A program made the translations under genes and the position numbers. A stretch of 64,000 nt of DNA from a virus, in the IMG/VR virus record IMGVR_UViG_3300027860_000007, positions 10,400-74,399 of that record, one strand, 5' to 3'. The stretch's first letter is position 1. Each line of letters opens with the position of its first letter. Below are positions 9,427-19,867 of this stretch, in pieces. Below the pieces are notes generated by a model that worked only from the letters and a program-made list of their open reading frames with translations, was not told where the DNA came from and did not search any database.

Positions 9427-10422
9427 ATGAGTATTTTTCAAGATTTTATTAACAGTGTATTGCCATTTGCTAAAAATAAACCAAATGGTTGGAAAAATGT
9501 AAATTGTGTTGCTTGCATTCACCGAGGCGAAACCACGCCAGATCAAAAATTACGTTTAGGATTTCTCCACGAACCAAATGGTTCTGTTAGGATTTCATGT
9601 TTTAGATGTGCATTCTATGCTAATTGGTCTCCAGGAATGCTCATATCAAATAAGTTAAAACAACTTTTTTCTTGGCTTAACATAGATGAGGTCGAAGTTA
9701 AAAATTTAGAGTTAGGTTGTCTAAAGTTAAAAAATGATTATGACATTTATGAAGAAAATAGTTTTGATGATGAAGTAATAGATTTTAAAGTTATTCTTCC
9801 ACCAAAAAGCAACTCTTTTACTTATTGGAGTAACCATACAAATATACCAAGTGAGTTTATTAACAGTTTGGAATATCTAATTAATAGAAATGAAAAGTTA
9901 ATATATTGGTTTAATGATTGGAATTGGAGTCCAGAATTGCCAAATCACATTATAATGCCAATATATCATTACGGTCAATTAGTTGGTTATACTGCAAGAA
10001 ATATTGATGTAAATTCTAACGCAAAATATTTACTTCATAAAACAGAAAAAACACTCTTTAATATTGATTTAGTAACACACCCTACTAGAAAAAAAATAAT
10101 ATTAGTTGAGGGTCCATTAGATGCTATTGCCATATCTGGCGTAGCAATATTAGGAAATACTATAACAAAACATCAGCAAGATATATTAAAAGGTTCAGAT
10201 AAAGAAATTATAGTATTACCAGATAGAGATGCTGGTGGTCAAAAACTTATAGATTCTGCTATAAAAAATAATTGGAGTGTTAGTCTTCCAAATTATGATA
10301 CAAGCTGTAAAGATGCTTTAGACTTGGTTAATAAGTATGGAAGGATAATGGCGATAAAAATGATATTTGACTCCGTCATATCAAATAGTATATTATTAGA
10401 TATAGAGAGAAAAAAATGGTAA
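9427..10422 (+). CDS. DNA primase (T4 gp61-like)
   Basis: N-terminal CxxC...CxxC zinc finger, TOPRIM VEGPLDA and PDRD. Confidence 0.88.
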   Translation: MSIFQDFINSVLPFAKNKPNGWKNVNCVACIHRGETTPDQKLRLGFLHEPNGSVRISCFRCAFYANWSPGMLISNKLKQLFSWLNIDEVEVKNLELGCLKLKNDYDIYEENSFDDEVIDFKVILPPKSNSFTYWSNHTNIPSEFINSLEYLINRNEKLIYWFNDWNWSPELPNHIIMPIYHYGQLVGYTARNIDVNSNAKYLLHKTEKTLFNIDLVTHPTRKKIILVEGPLDAIAISGVAILGNTITKHQQDILKGSDKEIIVLPDRDAGGQKLIDSAIKNNWSVSLPNYDTSCKDALDLVNKYGRIMAIKMIFDSVISNSILLDIERKKW

Positions 10423-10425
10423 AAA

Positions 10426-11808
10426 ATGAATAACGATCTAGAAAAACAGCATTTAATAATAGAGGCGTTACTCTCTAATAGTGAGCTTTATGGTAGATGC
10501 CAAAGCATTATAGAACCTATTTATTTTCATAAGCAATATCAAAAATCTGTTAAATTTATTAAAGAATTTACAGAAAAATACAAAGCTATGCCTACAGTAG
10601 AGCAACTTAAGGCGGAAACATCAACTGAATATGTTTTATTAGGTGAAATTAATAAAGAACATCAAAATTATTTTTTAGATGAAATTGAAATTTTTTGTAA
10701 GCAACAAGCATTAACCCAAGCTATATTAAAAGGTAGTGAACTTATTGAAAAAAACGATGGCGGTGCTATAGAAAAACTTATTAAAGATGCTTTATTGGTT
10801 GGTTTAACGAAAGAATTGGGAACAGATTATTTTGATAATCCAAAAGAGCGATTGTTAAATATGAAAAATTCTAATGGAAAGCTAAGTACAGGTTGGAAAA
10901 CTTTAGATAAAGAATTATATAACGTAAATCGTAAAGAAATTTTAATATTTTGTGGCGGATCAGGTGCAGGTAAAAGTGTAGTATTGGCAAATATAGCTAT
11001 TAACATGGCAGCACAAAATCTTAATTGTGTATATTTTACGCTTGAACTAAGTGAAGAATTAGTGAGTATGCGATTAGATTGTATGATTGCAGGCGTAAAA
11101 AGTGCAGATGTCTATAAAAAATTAGATGATGTTGATGCAAAAGTAAGAAAAACTGGAAAAATATCAGGAAATATTACTGTAAAAAGAATGCCATCAAACT
11201 CAAGAACTATTGATTTACGAGAATATTTGCATGAATATAAAATACAAAAAGGATTTAATCCAGATGTTATCATTGTAGATTATATTGACATTATGATGCC
11301 TAACGATAAAAGAATATCCCCAAATGATTTATTTGTCAAAGATAAGTACGTTACAGAAGAATTAAGAGCATTAGCTATTGAGTATAATGCTTTCTTACCA
11401 ACCGCCTCACAATTAGGTCGTAGTAGCGTAGATAGCTCAGATTTCAATCATGCACATATCGCTGGGGGTATATCAAAAATTAATACTGCGGATAATGTAA
11501 TAGGTATTTTTAATAGTGCAAGAAGCAGGGATAGAAGTGAAATTGAATTCCAACTTATGAAAACTAGAAATAGTGGTGGATTAGATAAGAAAATAACTTT
11601 GCATTATGACATAGAAACCTTAAGAATAACTGATTTAGACGAAACAGCAAATTCAGTTTCTTCACAAAGCAATAGCGTTTTAGACAAAATTCATAATAGA
11701 GCAGTTATAGATCAACCAGCAGATATGAAAGAAAATTCTTCTAATGGAAGTTCACCAGAAAATAGAAGTGCAGCTTTACAAGCATTATTAGCAAAAACTA
11801 AAAGATAA
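10426..11808 (+). CDS. Replicative DNA helicase (DnaB/gp41)
   Basis: GGSGAGKS Walker A, TLELSE, IIVDY, TASQL, MKTRN. Confidence 0.93.
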   Translation: MNNDLEKQHLIIEALLSNSELYGRCQSIIEPIYFHKQYQKSVKFIKEFTEKYKAMPTVEQLKAETSTEYVLLGEINKEHQNYFLDEIEIFCKQQALTQAILKGSELIEKNDGGAIEKLIKDALLVGLTKELGTDYFDNPKERLLNMKNSNGKLSTGWKTLDKELYNVNRKEILIFCGGSGAGKSVVLANIAINMAAQNLNCVYFTLELSEELVSMRLDCMIAGVKSADVYKKLDDVDAKVRKTGKISGNITVKRMPSNSRTIDLREYLHEYKIQKGFNPDVIIVDYIDIMMPNDKRISPNDLFVKDKYVTEELRALAIEYNAFLPTASQLGRSSVDSSDFNHAHIAGGISKINTADNVIGIFNSARSRDRSEIEFQLMKTRNSGGLDKKITLHYDIETLRITDLDETANSVSSQSNSVLDKIHNRAVIDQPADMKENSSNGSSPENRSAALQALLAKTKR

Positions 11809-11812
11809 TTTT

Positions 11813-11820
11813 TATAAATA
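11813..11820 (+). promoter_or_regulatory. T4-like late promoter TATAAATA
   Basis: Exact T4 late consensus 7 nt before ATG 11827. Confidence 0.65.
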
Positions 11821-11826
11821 ATCTTT

Positions 11827-12564
11827 ATGAAAGTTAAAGAATTATTACATAAATTTAATATCTTAAATGAAAATGGTAGTAGAGCTTATAATGCTTTACA
11901 TTTTGTAACAGATTTTTCAAAAATAGAATCTAAATTAATAAAAAATCCTGATGAATATAAAAGCATTTCAAAACTTCCAGTTGAAAGCGAGGCATTTCAA
12001 AAACTTAATAGAGATGAATATAAGCAATGGATAAAAGATGATGGTACTTTAACGCCTTTGGGAAAAAAGAATATTACTAATTGGATTGAAGAATATAATT
12101 CTAAATTACTTAAAGATACAGAACAAACTCAAAAGACTCAATTTATCAATAAAATTTTTAACCAATATGAAAAACAAATAAAAAATTTTCATAAAGAACA
12201 AAATATTGATTTTACACCATTACCTGAAAAAGATTTTGTGGGTGGAAAACCAATATACAAATCTACTAAATATTTCCGTGGGCAAAAACCTTCTGAATAT
12301 CGTTTGATAATGGTTGGGGATGAGCCAGCTCTTGCCAGAAAAGCAGATCATTGGGGGGCTTTTACTTCAAATATAAAAAGTGTTGAAGACGCCGTTAATT
12401 CTGGAAAATATACAAAAGAGGAAGCTGAAGAATTACAATTACAAGACCCATTTGGAAGAATAGGATCAAAATTACATAACTGGAATTTAGTTGGCAGTGA
12501 CAACACAAGTAAAAAAGTACAAATAGGCTATGTAAAATTAGCTGATATTTTAAAAAATAAATAA
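11827..12564 (+). CDS. Hypothetical protein with MKVKELL leader (putative virion internal protein)
   Basis: First 16 codons nearly match those of gene at 8851; late promoter. Confidence 0.6.
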   Translation: MKVKELLHKFNILNENGSRAYNALHFVTDFSKIESKLIKNPDEYKSISKLPVESEAFQKLNRDEYKQWIKDDGTLTPLGKKNITNWIEEYNSKLLKDTEQTQKTQFINKIFNQYEKQIKNFHKEQNIDFTPLPEKDFVGGKPIYKSTKYFRGQKPSEYRLIMVGDEPALARKADHWGAFTSNIKSVEDAVNSGKYTKEEAEELQLQDPFGRIGSKLHNWNLVGSDNTSKKVQIGYVKLADILKNK

Positions 12565-12594
12565 GATATATAAAAGTTAAAGAATTATTACATA
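11830..12594 (+). repeat. 22-bp direct repeat AAAGTTAAAGAATTATTACATA (11830-11851 and 12573-12594)
   Basis: Exact match read directly from the sequence. Confidence 0.85.
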
Positions 12595-12983
12595 TTGCTT
12601 AATGCTTTTTCAATTTTAATTTTTCTATCTTTCATTATTTTAGGAAATTTGCCTCCTAATTTTGCTTCTTGTTCATTATAATCTTGAAGTAAATCTATTA
12701 ATTGCTTTTTATTTAATCTTGTAGGATTATTTTTTGCTTCTTCAGATTGATATGATTCTTCCTCTTTCATTCGCTGATACTCAGAAAAAGCAGAACATGA
12801 AGAATTAACTCCTATTCCACTTATCTTATCAATTTCCCAATCATGAGAATATTTGTTCAAATATACATCTATTGCCTTAGATGCTTCTTCAGCAGTGTTA
12901 AAAACTCCAAGGATTTCTATAGTTCCTTTTTCATTTTCATGCCTATAATCAGCATCAATGCCCCAATAAGTTACAACAAACAT
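12588..12983 (-). CDS. hypothetical protein
   Basis: ORF with AGGAG RBS. Confidence 0.6.
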   Translation of the reverse strand: MFVVTYWGIDADYRHENEKGTIEILGVFNTAEEASKAIDVYLNKYSHDWEIDKISGIGVNSSCSAFSEYQRMKEEESYQSEEAKNNPTRLNKKQLIDLLQDYNEQEAKLGGKFPKIMKDRKIKIEKALSNM

Positions 12984-13034
12984 ATAAATCTCCTAAATTT
13001 TGTAATTTCACAGTAATATATTTATATGCGAAAG

Positions 13035-13535
13035 TCAACTAAAAAGTTTTGTTTCAATTTTTGCAATATATATCTTGGCTTTTACATATTCAGTCAAGGT
13101 TGGTTTTCTTGGTTTATTTTTAAGTGTAAATTTGCAAGATTTTAAACTTTTATTGCCTTTACTGTGATTACAGCTTTTACATGATGCTACACAATTATCC
13201 CAATTACTTTTGCCTCCTTGACTAGAAGGTATTACATGATCAACTGTTAAATCCTTTTCAGAACCGCAATATTGGCAAATAAAAAAATCTCTTATTAGGA
13301 TATTTTTTCTAGTAAAACTTACTTGTGCTTTAAAAACACTTTTAACAAAATTGGTTAATTTTATTACTTTTGGAATATTAAATGATTTGTTACCTTCAAA
13401 ATTTTGAACAAACACATCAGATTTTTCAACAATTTCTGCACGTTCTTTTAGTAATAGATTAAAAGCTCTTTGCCATTTTATTAATGAAATGGGACTATAG
13501 TCGCTATTTAAAACTATTACTTGACGTGTTGTCAT
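13035..13535 (-). CDS. HNH endonuclease (McrA-like)
   Basis: RD...CQYC...TVDHVIP..GG...W.N.V..C..CN..K. Confidence 0.9.
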   Translation of the reverse strand: MTTRQVIVLNSDYSPISLIKWQRAFNLLLKERAEIVEKSDVFVQNFEGNKSFNIPKVIKLTNFVKSVFKAQVSFTRKNILIRDFFICQYCGSEKDLTVDHVIPSSQGGKSNWDNCVASCKSCNHSKGNKSLKSCKFTLKNKPRKPTLTEYVKAKIYIAKIETKLFS

Positions 13536-13604
13536 TGCAAATCTCAACAATATAATTATATAAATTCAATTATATCAGAATTTATATGCTTAATCAAGAG
13601 ATAA

Positions 13605-14237
13605 TTAAACTTTTTTTACAAATTCAAGAAGTTGATGTTTAACAGTTAACGCATTGGTTTTAGCTTCATTAAAACGGGTTTCTAGTAAAGCGTCTCTAGA
13701 TGTATCATTTTTTACTTGTCTACTAAAACTTACTGCATCACTATAATGTTTTTTGTATTTGTCTTCAAACTCAAGTATTTGCCTTATTTGTGGAGAATAA
13801 AAACTATGTCCACCATTTAGCATTTTGGTTATTGCGTTTGCACCTTCAGAAAGATGTAATCCTTCTACAATTTTTTGTCCACTAACTTGATCTGCAATAG
13901 TGTATCTTGTTTTTCCTGCTTGATTTGCTAAAGGAAATACTGCATACTTTACACTTTGCATAGCAGTTGGAAACCCAGAATAATTTTGTTGTTGTGGTGC
14001 TTGAGGTTGAGCAGCATATGTTTCGTAAAGATTTTGAGAGTTTGCCGTAGGAGCATGATAATAAACTTCATTTATCATATTTGATGATGCTGACATATTG
14101 GATGCCATACTTCTAGCAATATCTTGGATACAAGCATCAAACCCTGTTAATGCTTTCTTGATGTCTTTTCTTGCATCCGCATCAACTTGATATTGCTTAA
14201 AGTCTAAATTAGTATTAAATGATTCATTAATTTCCAT
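13605..14237 (-). CDS. hypothetical late protein
   Basis: RBS AGGAG; TATAAATA at 14271-14278 (-). Confidence 0.65.
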   Translation of the reverse strand: MEINESFNTNLDFKQYQVDADARKDIKKALTGFDACIQDIARSMASNMSASSNMINEVYYHAPTANSQNLYETYAAQPQAPQQQNYSGFPTAMQSVKYAVFPLANQAGKTRYTIADQVSGQKIVEGLHLSEGANAITKMLNGGHSFYSPQIRQILEFEDKYKKHYSDAVSFSRQVKNDTSRDALLETRFNEAKTNALTVKHQLLEFVKKV

Positions 14238-14282
14238 GATTGACGTAACTCCTTGTATTTTACTTTACTTTATTTATAGCTC

Positions 14283-15311
14283 TTAATTTCTCATAGCTTG
14301 TATTAATTTTATATCTACTATTGGATCTAACACTACAATTTCTCCATTACTATCTTGCATAAAATTTCTAGCTCCTAAATCAACACTTAAATCATCTGGA
14401 TCAAAATTAAGTAAAAATTCAAACATTTCAGTTAATATGCTATCTGGATATGTTTCAATAAATTTGTTATATAAATCTATTTTTGCATAACCCTTATATC
14501 CCCAATAAGCATTACTATGAAATTTATTCCAAATATCTATTTCTCTATTAACAATTTTTTTATTATTTGCATCTAATTTATATAATTTAGGAAGTTTTAA
14601 AACATAAACAACAAAATCTCGTACTTTAATTTTAGAATGTCCTAAGGCTTCCAAAGTGTCAACATGATCTCCTAATCGTAAACCCATATAACCAGTTAGC
14701 CAATCTTGTTTAAATCTATCTCTAGTAAACATAGTTACAGTTCCATCACCATTATCAAGAACTAAGCTAGTCATTCCTTTTCCCAATTTTGGTAAATTTT
14801 TATATATTTCTGGAAGACTTTTATAATGAACAGCACAAGGAACTGCTTCGTTAATTTTAATTATTGATTTTTCTATTAGAGATTCCATCATCTGATGAAG
14901 ACTCATTTCGCTTTCTTGAATACCAACTGCACCAAAACCATTTAGTTCTGCGTGTTTTTGCATCAATGCTATAGGAGTCATATTTAAAGTATCTTGAATG
15001 ACTTTAGAAGTAACTGGATCAATAAGTCCTAACATCATTCTTCTTTGCCAAGCATTAAGCTCACATATTAAATTTTTGCTTGGGTTTCCAGATTTCATTT
15101 CATGAATATTTTTTACTGCTTCTAACACTTCTGGATCATCAACCCCATTAGTAGTATTATAAATTTCATGAACTTTTTCATTATCTTCTTGATTAACAGC
15201 ATTTGTTAAATTTACAAGTTCGGATAAATCAAGTTTTTCTAAAAAATCATGAACCAATTCATCAGAAATATCTAATATATCTTTAAGTTTTTCGTTAATA
15301 TCGTTTTCCAT
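14283..15311 (-). CDS. Protein with C-terminal Ser/Thr kinase-like domain
   Basis: Gly-loop LGKGMTSLV, catalytic DLGARNFM, VLDP; ATAAATA at 15331-15337 (-). Confidence 0.6.
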   Translation of the reverse strand: MENDINEKLKDILDISDELVHDFLEKLDLSELVNLTNAVNQEDNEKVHEIYNTTNGVDDPEVLEAVKNIHEMKSGNPSKNLICELNAWQRRMMLGLIDPVTSKVIQDTLNMTPIALMQKHAELNGFGAVGIQESEMSLHQMMESLIEKSIIKINEAVPCAVHYKSLPEIYKNLPKLGKGMTSLVLDNGDGTVTMFTRDRFKQDWLTGYMGLRLGDHVDTLEALGHSKIKVRDFVVYVLKLPKLYKLDANNKKIVNREIDIWNKFHSNAYWGYKGYAKIDLYNKFIETYPDSILTEMFEFLLNFDPDDLSVDLGARNFMQDSNGEIVVLDPIVDIKLIQAMRN

Positions 15312-15329
15312 TATAAACCTTTTTTATAC

Positions 15330-16694
15330 CTATTTATGTTTATTTTCAATTTGTAATTTTGGATTAATGCTATAAAAATCTTTCTTACGCATTATTGTTT
15401 TGGTAACTAAATCCCATTCTTTAGTTCTATCGTTCCATTTTAATACAAAAGGGATATTTAGTAAGGTTGAAATATCACTAAAAACAGCCTCAAAATCATT
15501 TGGTGCATAAGATAATTGCTTAGCATATTTTTTATATGCTCCCACAAATATTTTTGTCAATTCTTTATAAGTTATAGGACTTATGTTTCGTGGATCAAAA
15601 ATTCTTTCTTTAAAATGATTAGAAAAAATCACATCAATATTTGCTTTATGAAATAAATTATCAATTTCTTTCTCAAGGATTTTTAATGATTGAATATTGA
15701 TGGAATCTTTACTTAAAACATATTCATTAATTATTTCTTCTGATTCTCTCATATTTTTGGTAATAACTCCAGTTTTTAAAAACTTAAAAAAAGAATTACC
15801 TCTTAATTCATCATGATTACTTAACTTTTTATCATTCAAAAATAAAACTGCATCAGGAATTTCTCCATTTTTTTCTAATGATTTATAAAATAATGAAACT
15901 CCTCTAGCTATAATGTTTGTTCCGTTTCCATCTGCATAAAACTCACCTCCTTGATTACCATATTCATAACCAAGCCTTACCCAACCATGTTCATAAAAAT
16001 CTTCTATAACAGTATCACTATATTCTTTTCTTTGATAATTTTCTTTTTCATTTCCACATATTTTTATAAAGTCATCATTTGACACATAATCAAAAAGATA
16101 TTCTGTGTGATGAAGACCTTCAGGTATTAAATGTAATTTTCTATTAACGGAATCGTACCATGCTTTATAAGTGTCAATTCCATTAATTACACTTTCATTT
16201 ACTGATTCTTTTTGATATACTTTTTGAACATTATCATCTAAAATTTTAATAGTTCCATTTGCAATTTCTTGTCTAAAATTTATTTTTATGTTTGGATCAA
16301 ACTGTCCTATCCAAATGTTTGGAATATCTTTTAACGAATATTTCCTACTCCAAGGTGATAATCTTATTGCTACTTCATAATCCTTATCACCATTCTGCAT
16401 TGCTGCAAATGCTCTTGACCTGCCATCATGCCTATCAACAAAGCCAGTAGGTACATCTATATCTAAAAAAGGATGTATAGTTATTTTGCTATTATCAATA
16501 TCTTTTTGGTACTGTTCTTTTGATAATGCCTTATCTTTAACCATATTCAGACTTATGCTATGCTCTTTATAGCTTGTGGTTAAATCTAAAAACATTTTAG
16601 GAGGCATTGTAATGATAATAGTTGCTTTTTCATCCAAAGCATTTCTTTTTTGTTTTTGACTTAGGTTATATTCTAGTAACTCAATAACTTTCAT
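15330..16694 (-). CDS. Three-domain protein with MKVIELLE leader (ParB-like, unknown GWVR domain, RelE/BECR-like RNase candidate)
   Basis: HDGRSRA..A...G (ParB-like); FSNHFKER...LVTKTIMRK; domains split by VNES and IINE. Confidence 0.5.
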   Translation of the reverse strand: MKVIELLEYNLSQKQKRNALDEKATIIITMPPKMFLDLTTSYKEHSISLNMVKDKALSKEQYQKDIDNSKITIHPFLDIDVPTGFVDRHDGRSRAFAAMQNGDKDYEVAIRLSPWSRKYSLKDIPNIWIGQFDPNIKINFRQEIANGTIKILDDNVQKVYQKESVNESVINGIDTYKAWYDSVNRKLHLIPEGLHHTEYLFDYVSNDDFIKICGNEKENYQRKEYSDTVIEDFYEHGWVRLGYEYGNQGGEFYADGNGTNIIARGVSLFYKSLEKNGEIPDAVLFLNDKKLSNHDELRGNSFFKFLKTGVITKNMRESEEIINEYVLSKDSINIQSLKILEKEIDNLFHKANIDVIFSNHFKERIFDPRNISPITYKELTKIFVGAYKKYAKQLSYAPNDFEAVFSDISTLLNIPFVLKWNDRTKEWDLVTKTIMRKKDFYSINPKLQIENKHK

Positions 16695-17884
16695 TTTATA
16701 AATCCTTCAATAAAAGCACTAGCTTTTTCACTTTTTAATTTATTAAGTAATTTATAAGCAAATAGTTCTGCAAACCATTCTAAATAATCAGTTTTTGAAT
16801 ATTTAGTTGGAAAAAACCCTAAATCTGAACTAGATTCTATAAATCTAGATAATTCTTCTCCATTATGAAAAAGACCCTGATTAAGGAAGTTTTCTGGGTT
16901 AGATACTAAAGTTAATTGATTATTTTCATCTTGTGAAACTAATATCATTTTAGATGGATTTTTACTTATCACAACAAATGGAGAAGCTGCTTTATATTTT
17001 TTTACCATACCTTGATAAGTTATAATATCACCTACTTTGATATTTTCTAAATTATTCAAAGAACTATCGCAATTTATTTTTATAGAATTTACAAGTTGAT
17101 TAAATTTTTTTTTAATTTTTTGTCTAGCTTCTTCATTTAGAAACTCATAAAAAAACTTATGACCATATTCATGAATTAAAGTTTGTACAGCATTTGGGAT
17201 TGCTTTAGCGTTATTGTCTATTTGAATATGTTTAGAATTAGGATAATAACGACCAATAGCATTCCCGCTAATGGGAGAAACTAATATTTTTGTTTTAGTT
17301 AAATATCCTAAGTTATTATTGATTAATATATCATTTGCTTCTCTAATTAGATTAGATATTTCTTCTATTTTATTAGCTTTAATATTATCTGGAAATATAA
17401 TCTCAGATTCTCCTACTTTTTCAAACTTTTCAATAGTTTCGTCAAAGTTAATTCCTGATATTTTAAAAACTACTGATGGAGGCAATTTATCTTTTATCAC
17501 CAATTCTTTAGATAGATTTTTAATATTATTGAACTTTTCAATTTTTATTAAACCTATTTTTATAAAATATGATTCGCTGTTTTCTAAATTTTCTTTAAAA
17601 GTTTCTAAATTGCCTGCTGATTCTAATATATATGGGTTAATTATTGGTAAAATTACTCCATTATGCAATGGTATAAATTTGTTAGCATGAGTAGAATTCC
17701 ATTCTTTTAATTTATTAGAAGATATTTTTATCAATATTAAATTGGTTGATTGTGCAATTGGTTTTTTATCTAGAGATATTATAGATGTTATATTATTTCT
17801 AACATGTAAAGAAACTGCAAAATCTCCGCCTTTATAAAGTCTATATGTAAAAGAAGCTGCTTCTAATAGTTCAATAACTTTCAT
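16691..17884 (-). CDS. Zincin metallopeptidase-domain protein with MKVIELLE leader
   Basis: HEYGH plus downstream YS...EWFAELF third-ligand motif. Confidence 0.65.
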   Translation of the reverse strand: MKVIELLEAASFTYRLYKGGDFAVSLHVRNNITSIISLDKKPIAQSTNLILIKISSNKLKEWNSTHANKFIPLHNGVILPIINPYILESAGNLETFKENLENSESYFIKIGLIKIEKFNNIKNLSKELVIKDKLPPSVVFKISGINFDETIEKFEKVGESEIIFPDNIKANKIEEISNLIREANDILINNNLGYLTKTKILVSPISGNAIGRYYPNSKHIQIDNNAKAIPNAVQTLIHEYGHKFFYEFLNEEARQKIKKKFNQLVNSIKINCDSSLNNLENIKVGDIITYQGMVKKYKAASPFVVISKNPSKMILVSQDENNQLTLVSNPENFLNQGLFHNGEELSRFIESSSDLGFFPTKYSKTDYLEWFAELFAYKLLNKLKSEKASAFIEGFIK

Positions 17885-17887
17885 AAA

Positions 17888-18721
17888 TTAAACCTTTAAC
17901 CATATTCTATCAATAGTACCAATAGGTCGTGGGTTAAACACTATATATTGGAAACGTAACCAGACATAGTTACCATCAAAATTGTATATATCCATGCCTG
18001 TATAATTATTATATTGAATGTTATCAGTATTTGTTGTTGGATCTATTGGAATATTAAACCAACCACCATTGCTAGTATCAGGATTTTCTTCTAATGAACC
18101 TTGCACATAAAAAGTTCCACTAAAATTAGTAGTTTTAATACTAAAAGTTTGTAAAGCGGTGTGAATATCCTTAAATGCACTTCCAGGAAATCTACTTGTT
18201 ACAAATGTCACACTTAACGGCGGATTGATATTATTGAAGTTTATCGCAGTCCAATCTTTTGGTAAAATTAGTTTGCTGGGAGCAAATTTTGGAAAAGGTG
18301 CATCTAATAATTCAATTTTACCAGTTACTTCTTGATCTAAAGTAGTATAAAATAAACTTTCTGTACCATCATCATTATTGACTAAAGTAATACAATATTG
18401 AAAAAACCCCGCACTCCAATCTTCAATATCGCCAGGTGTCAATTTTAAAGTATAAATTCCGTTTTGTTCATCTGTGTTGACCAAAAATCTCGTAAGCATT
18501 AATTCATCATTGTATGGATTAACCACTATACATCTAACACTTTGCCCTAATATCTTTACAGGTAGCCTATCAGAATCTTTTAGAATAAATTCTATATTGT
18601 TATTGACGTTACGAAATATTTTTATATCTTTATGATACATAGGATCGTTCCATTTTTGACCTACAAAGAGACATGCCTCAACTTGAATTTGGTCTTGATA
18701 TAATACAGCTTTTGTTGGCAT
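17888..18721 (-). CDS. Probable virion structural protein (beta-rich)
   Basis: Beta-strand-rich composition; TATAAATA at 18761-18768 (-). Confidence 0.5.
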   Translation of the reverse strand: MPTKAVLYQDQIQVEACLFVGQKWNDPMYHKDIKIFRNVNNNIEFILKDSDRLPVKILGQSVRCIVVNPYNDELMLTRFLVNTDEQNGIYTLKLTPGDIEDWSAGFFQYCITLVNNDDGTESLFYTTLDQEVTGKIELLDAPFPKFAPSKLILPKDWTAINFNNINPPLSVTFVTSRFPGSAFKDIHTALQTFSIKTTNFSGTFYVQGSLEENPDTSNGGWFNIPIDPTTNTDNIQYNNYTGMDIYNFDGNYVWLRFQYIVFNPRPIGTIDRIWLKV

Positions 18722-18776
18722 GATTTTTTTCTAATAAATAAAATATTATACATTAACATATATTTATATTTTAAGC

Positions 18777-19148
18777 ATGTCACAAGACTTAACATTTTTA
18801 AAAGAACATTTTCCATTTCTGACAGTATTTAATTATGCTAATACAGAATATGTAGGAGTTGTACAGAATTCAAGCAAATCTGTCACTAGCGTTTATATTT
18901 TTAACAGAATTGTCTTAGATGAACAAAAAAAGAAATTTCTTGATCTTGCCAATATATGGTGGAATGAAAGCAATAGGAAAATACCTATCAATTTGTTTTT
19001 TAAATCAGATTTTGATGAATTTTCATGTTTTGTTCTTACTTTTATTACAAAAGAGATGGAAATAGTTAGTGGGCATACGGTTAGTATCCAAAATCTAAAT
19101 AGTAAAAGAATCAAAAGAAAACGAACAGAATTACATATTTTAAAATAA
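18777..19148 (+). CDS. hypothetical phage protein
   Basis: Intact ORF behind ATAAATA (18734), divergent from 18721 gene. Confidence 0.6.
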   Translation: MSQDLTFLKEHFPFLTVFNYANTEYVGVVQNSSKSVTSVYIFNRIVLDEQKKKFLDLANIWWNESNRKIPINLFFKSDFDEFSCFVLTFITKEMEIVSGHTVSIQNLNSKRIKRKRTELHILK

Positions 19149-19177
19149 ATATAGTTAAATAATTAGTAAGTAAAAAT

Positions 19178-19867
19178 ATGAAATACATTGAAATTTTAAC
19201 AAATAATCTATCTAAAATACAAGAAGCTAGAGTACCAGGACTTCCTTATAAAGAAGAACCAGTAAGTAAGACTAATCCAGTTATTGATAGAGTTATTCTT
19301 ACTTTAGAAGCCAAAGATAGCGAATTGATGACTAAAATTGCTTTAAAATATAAAAAATTAGATAATATTCAAAAAGCAATAGATAAACGCCGTAATGAAA
19401 TGAACACAAAAGTTAAAGAAAAAATGTCTGAATTGTTTGATGCAGAAGATGTATGGAGAACAAGAGTAATTGAAACTATAAGTGCAACTATGACTTTAGC
19501 AAAACGTAGCGAAGGAACTGCTGCTAAACCAGAAGAACATATCGTAGTAGTAGATTATGAAAAAGTATCAAAAGAACTTTTAAGTTTGATGGAAGGTGAG
19601 CTTTTAAAAGCAGGTGCTTCTATATTACTTAAATATACTAAATTTGAAACTTTACCAGCAATACCCGCACAAGAACCAAAAAGTCCTAGTCTTTTAGTGA
19701 AGCCAAAAACTAATAAAGCACAAGATGCTGTGAGAGCAGAAAGCATAAACGAATCTATTAATTGGAAAAGCATTAAAGAATGGTTGCATAGTTATTATGA
19801 ATCATTCTTGCAATGGGGATTGAATTACGATAAAAAACTTAATAAAATCAAAGAACAATTATCTTAG
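19178..19867 (+). CDS. hypothetical late protein with MKYIEIL leader and IQE/INE sites
   Basis: ATAAATA at 19145; leader resembles the MKVIELLE family. Confidence 0.55.
   Translation: MKYIEILTNNLSKIQEARVPGLPYKEEPVSKTNPVIDRVILTLEAKDSELMTKIALKYKKLDNIQKAIDKRRNEMNTKVKEKMSELFDAEDVWRTRVIETISATMTLAKRSEGTAAKPEEHIVVVDYEKVSKELLSLMEGELLKAGASILLKYTKFETLPAIPAQEPKSPSLLVKPKTNKAQDAVRAESINESINWKSIKEWLHSYYESFLQWGLNYDKKLNKIKEQLS

Noticed and set aside
13035-13535. HNH gene as an intron- or intein-borne homing element
   Set aside because: Free-standing between two intact genes; helicase, terminase and recombinase show no intein-sized insertions
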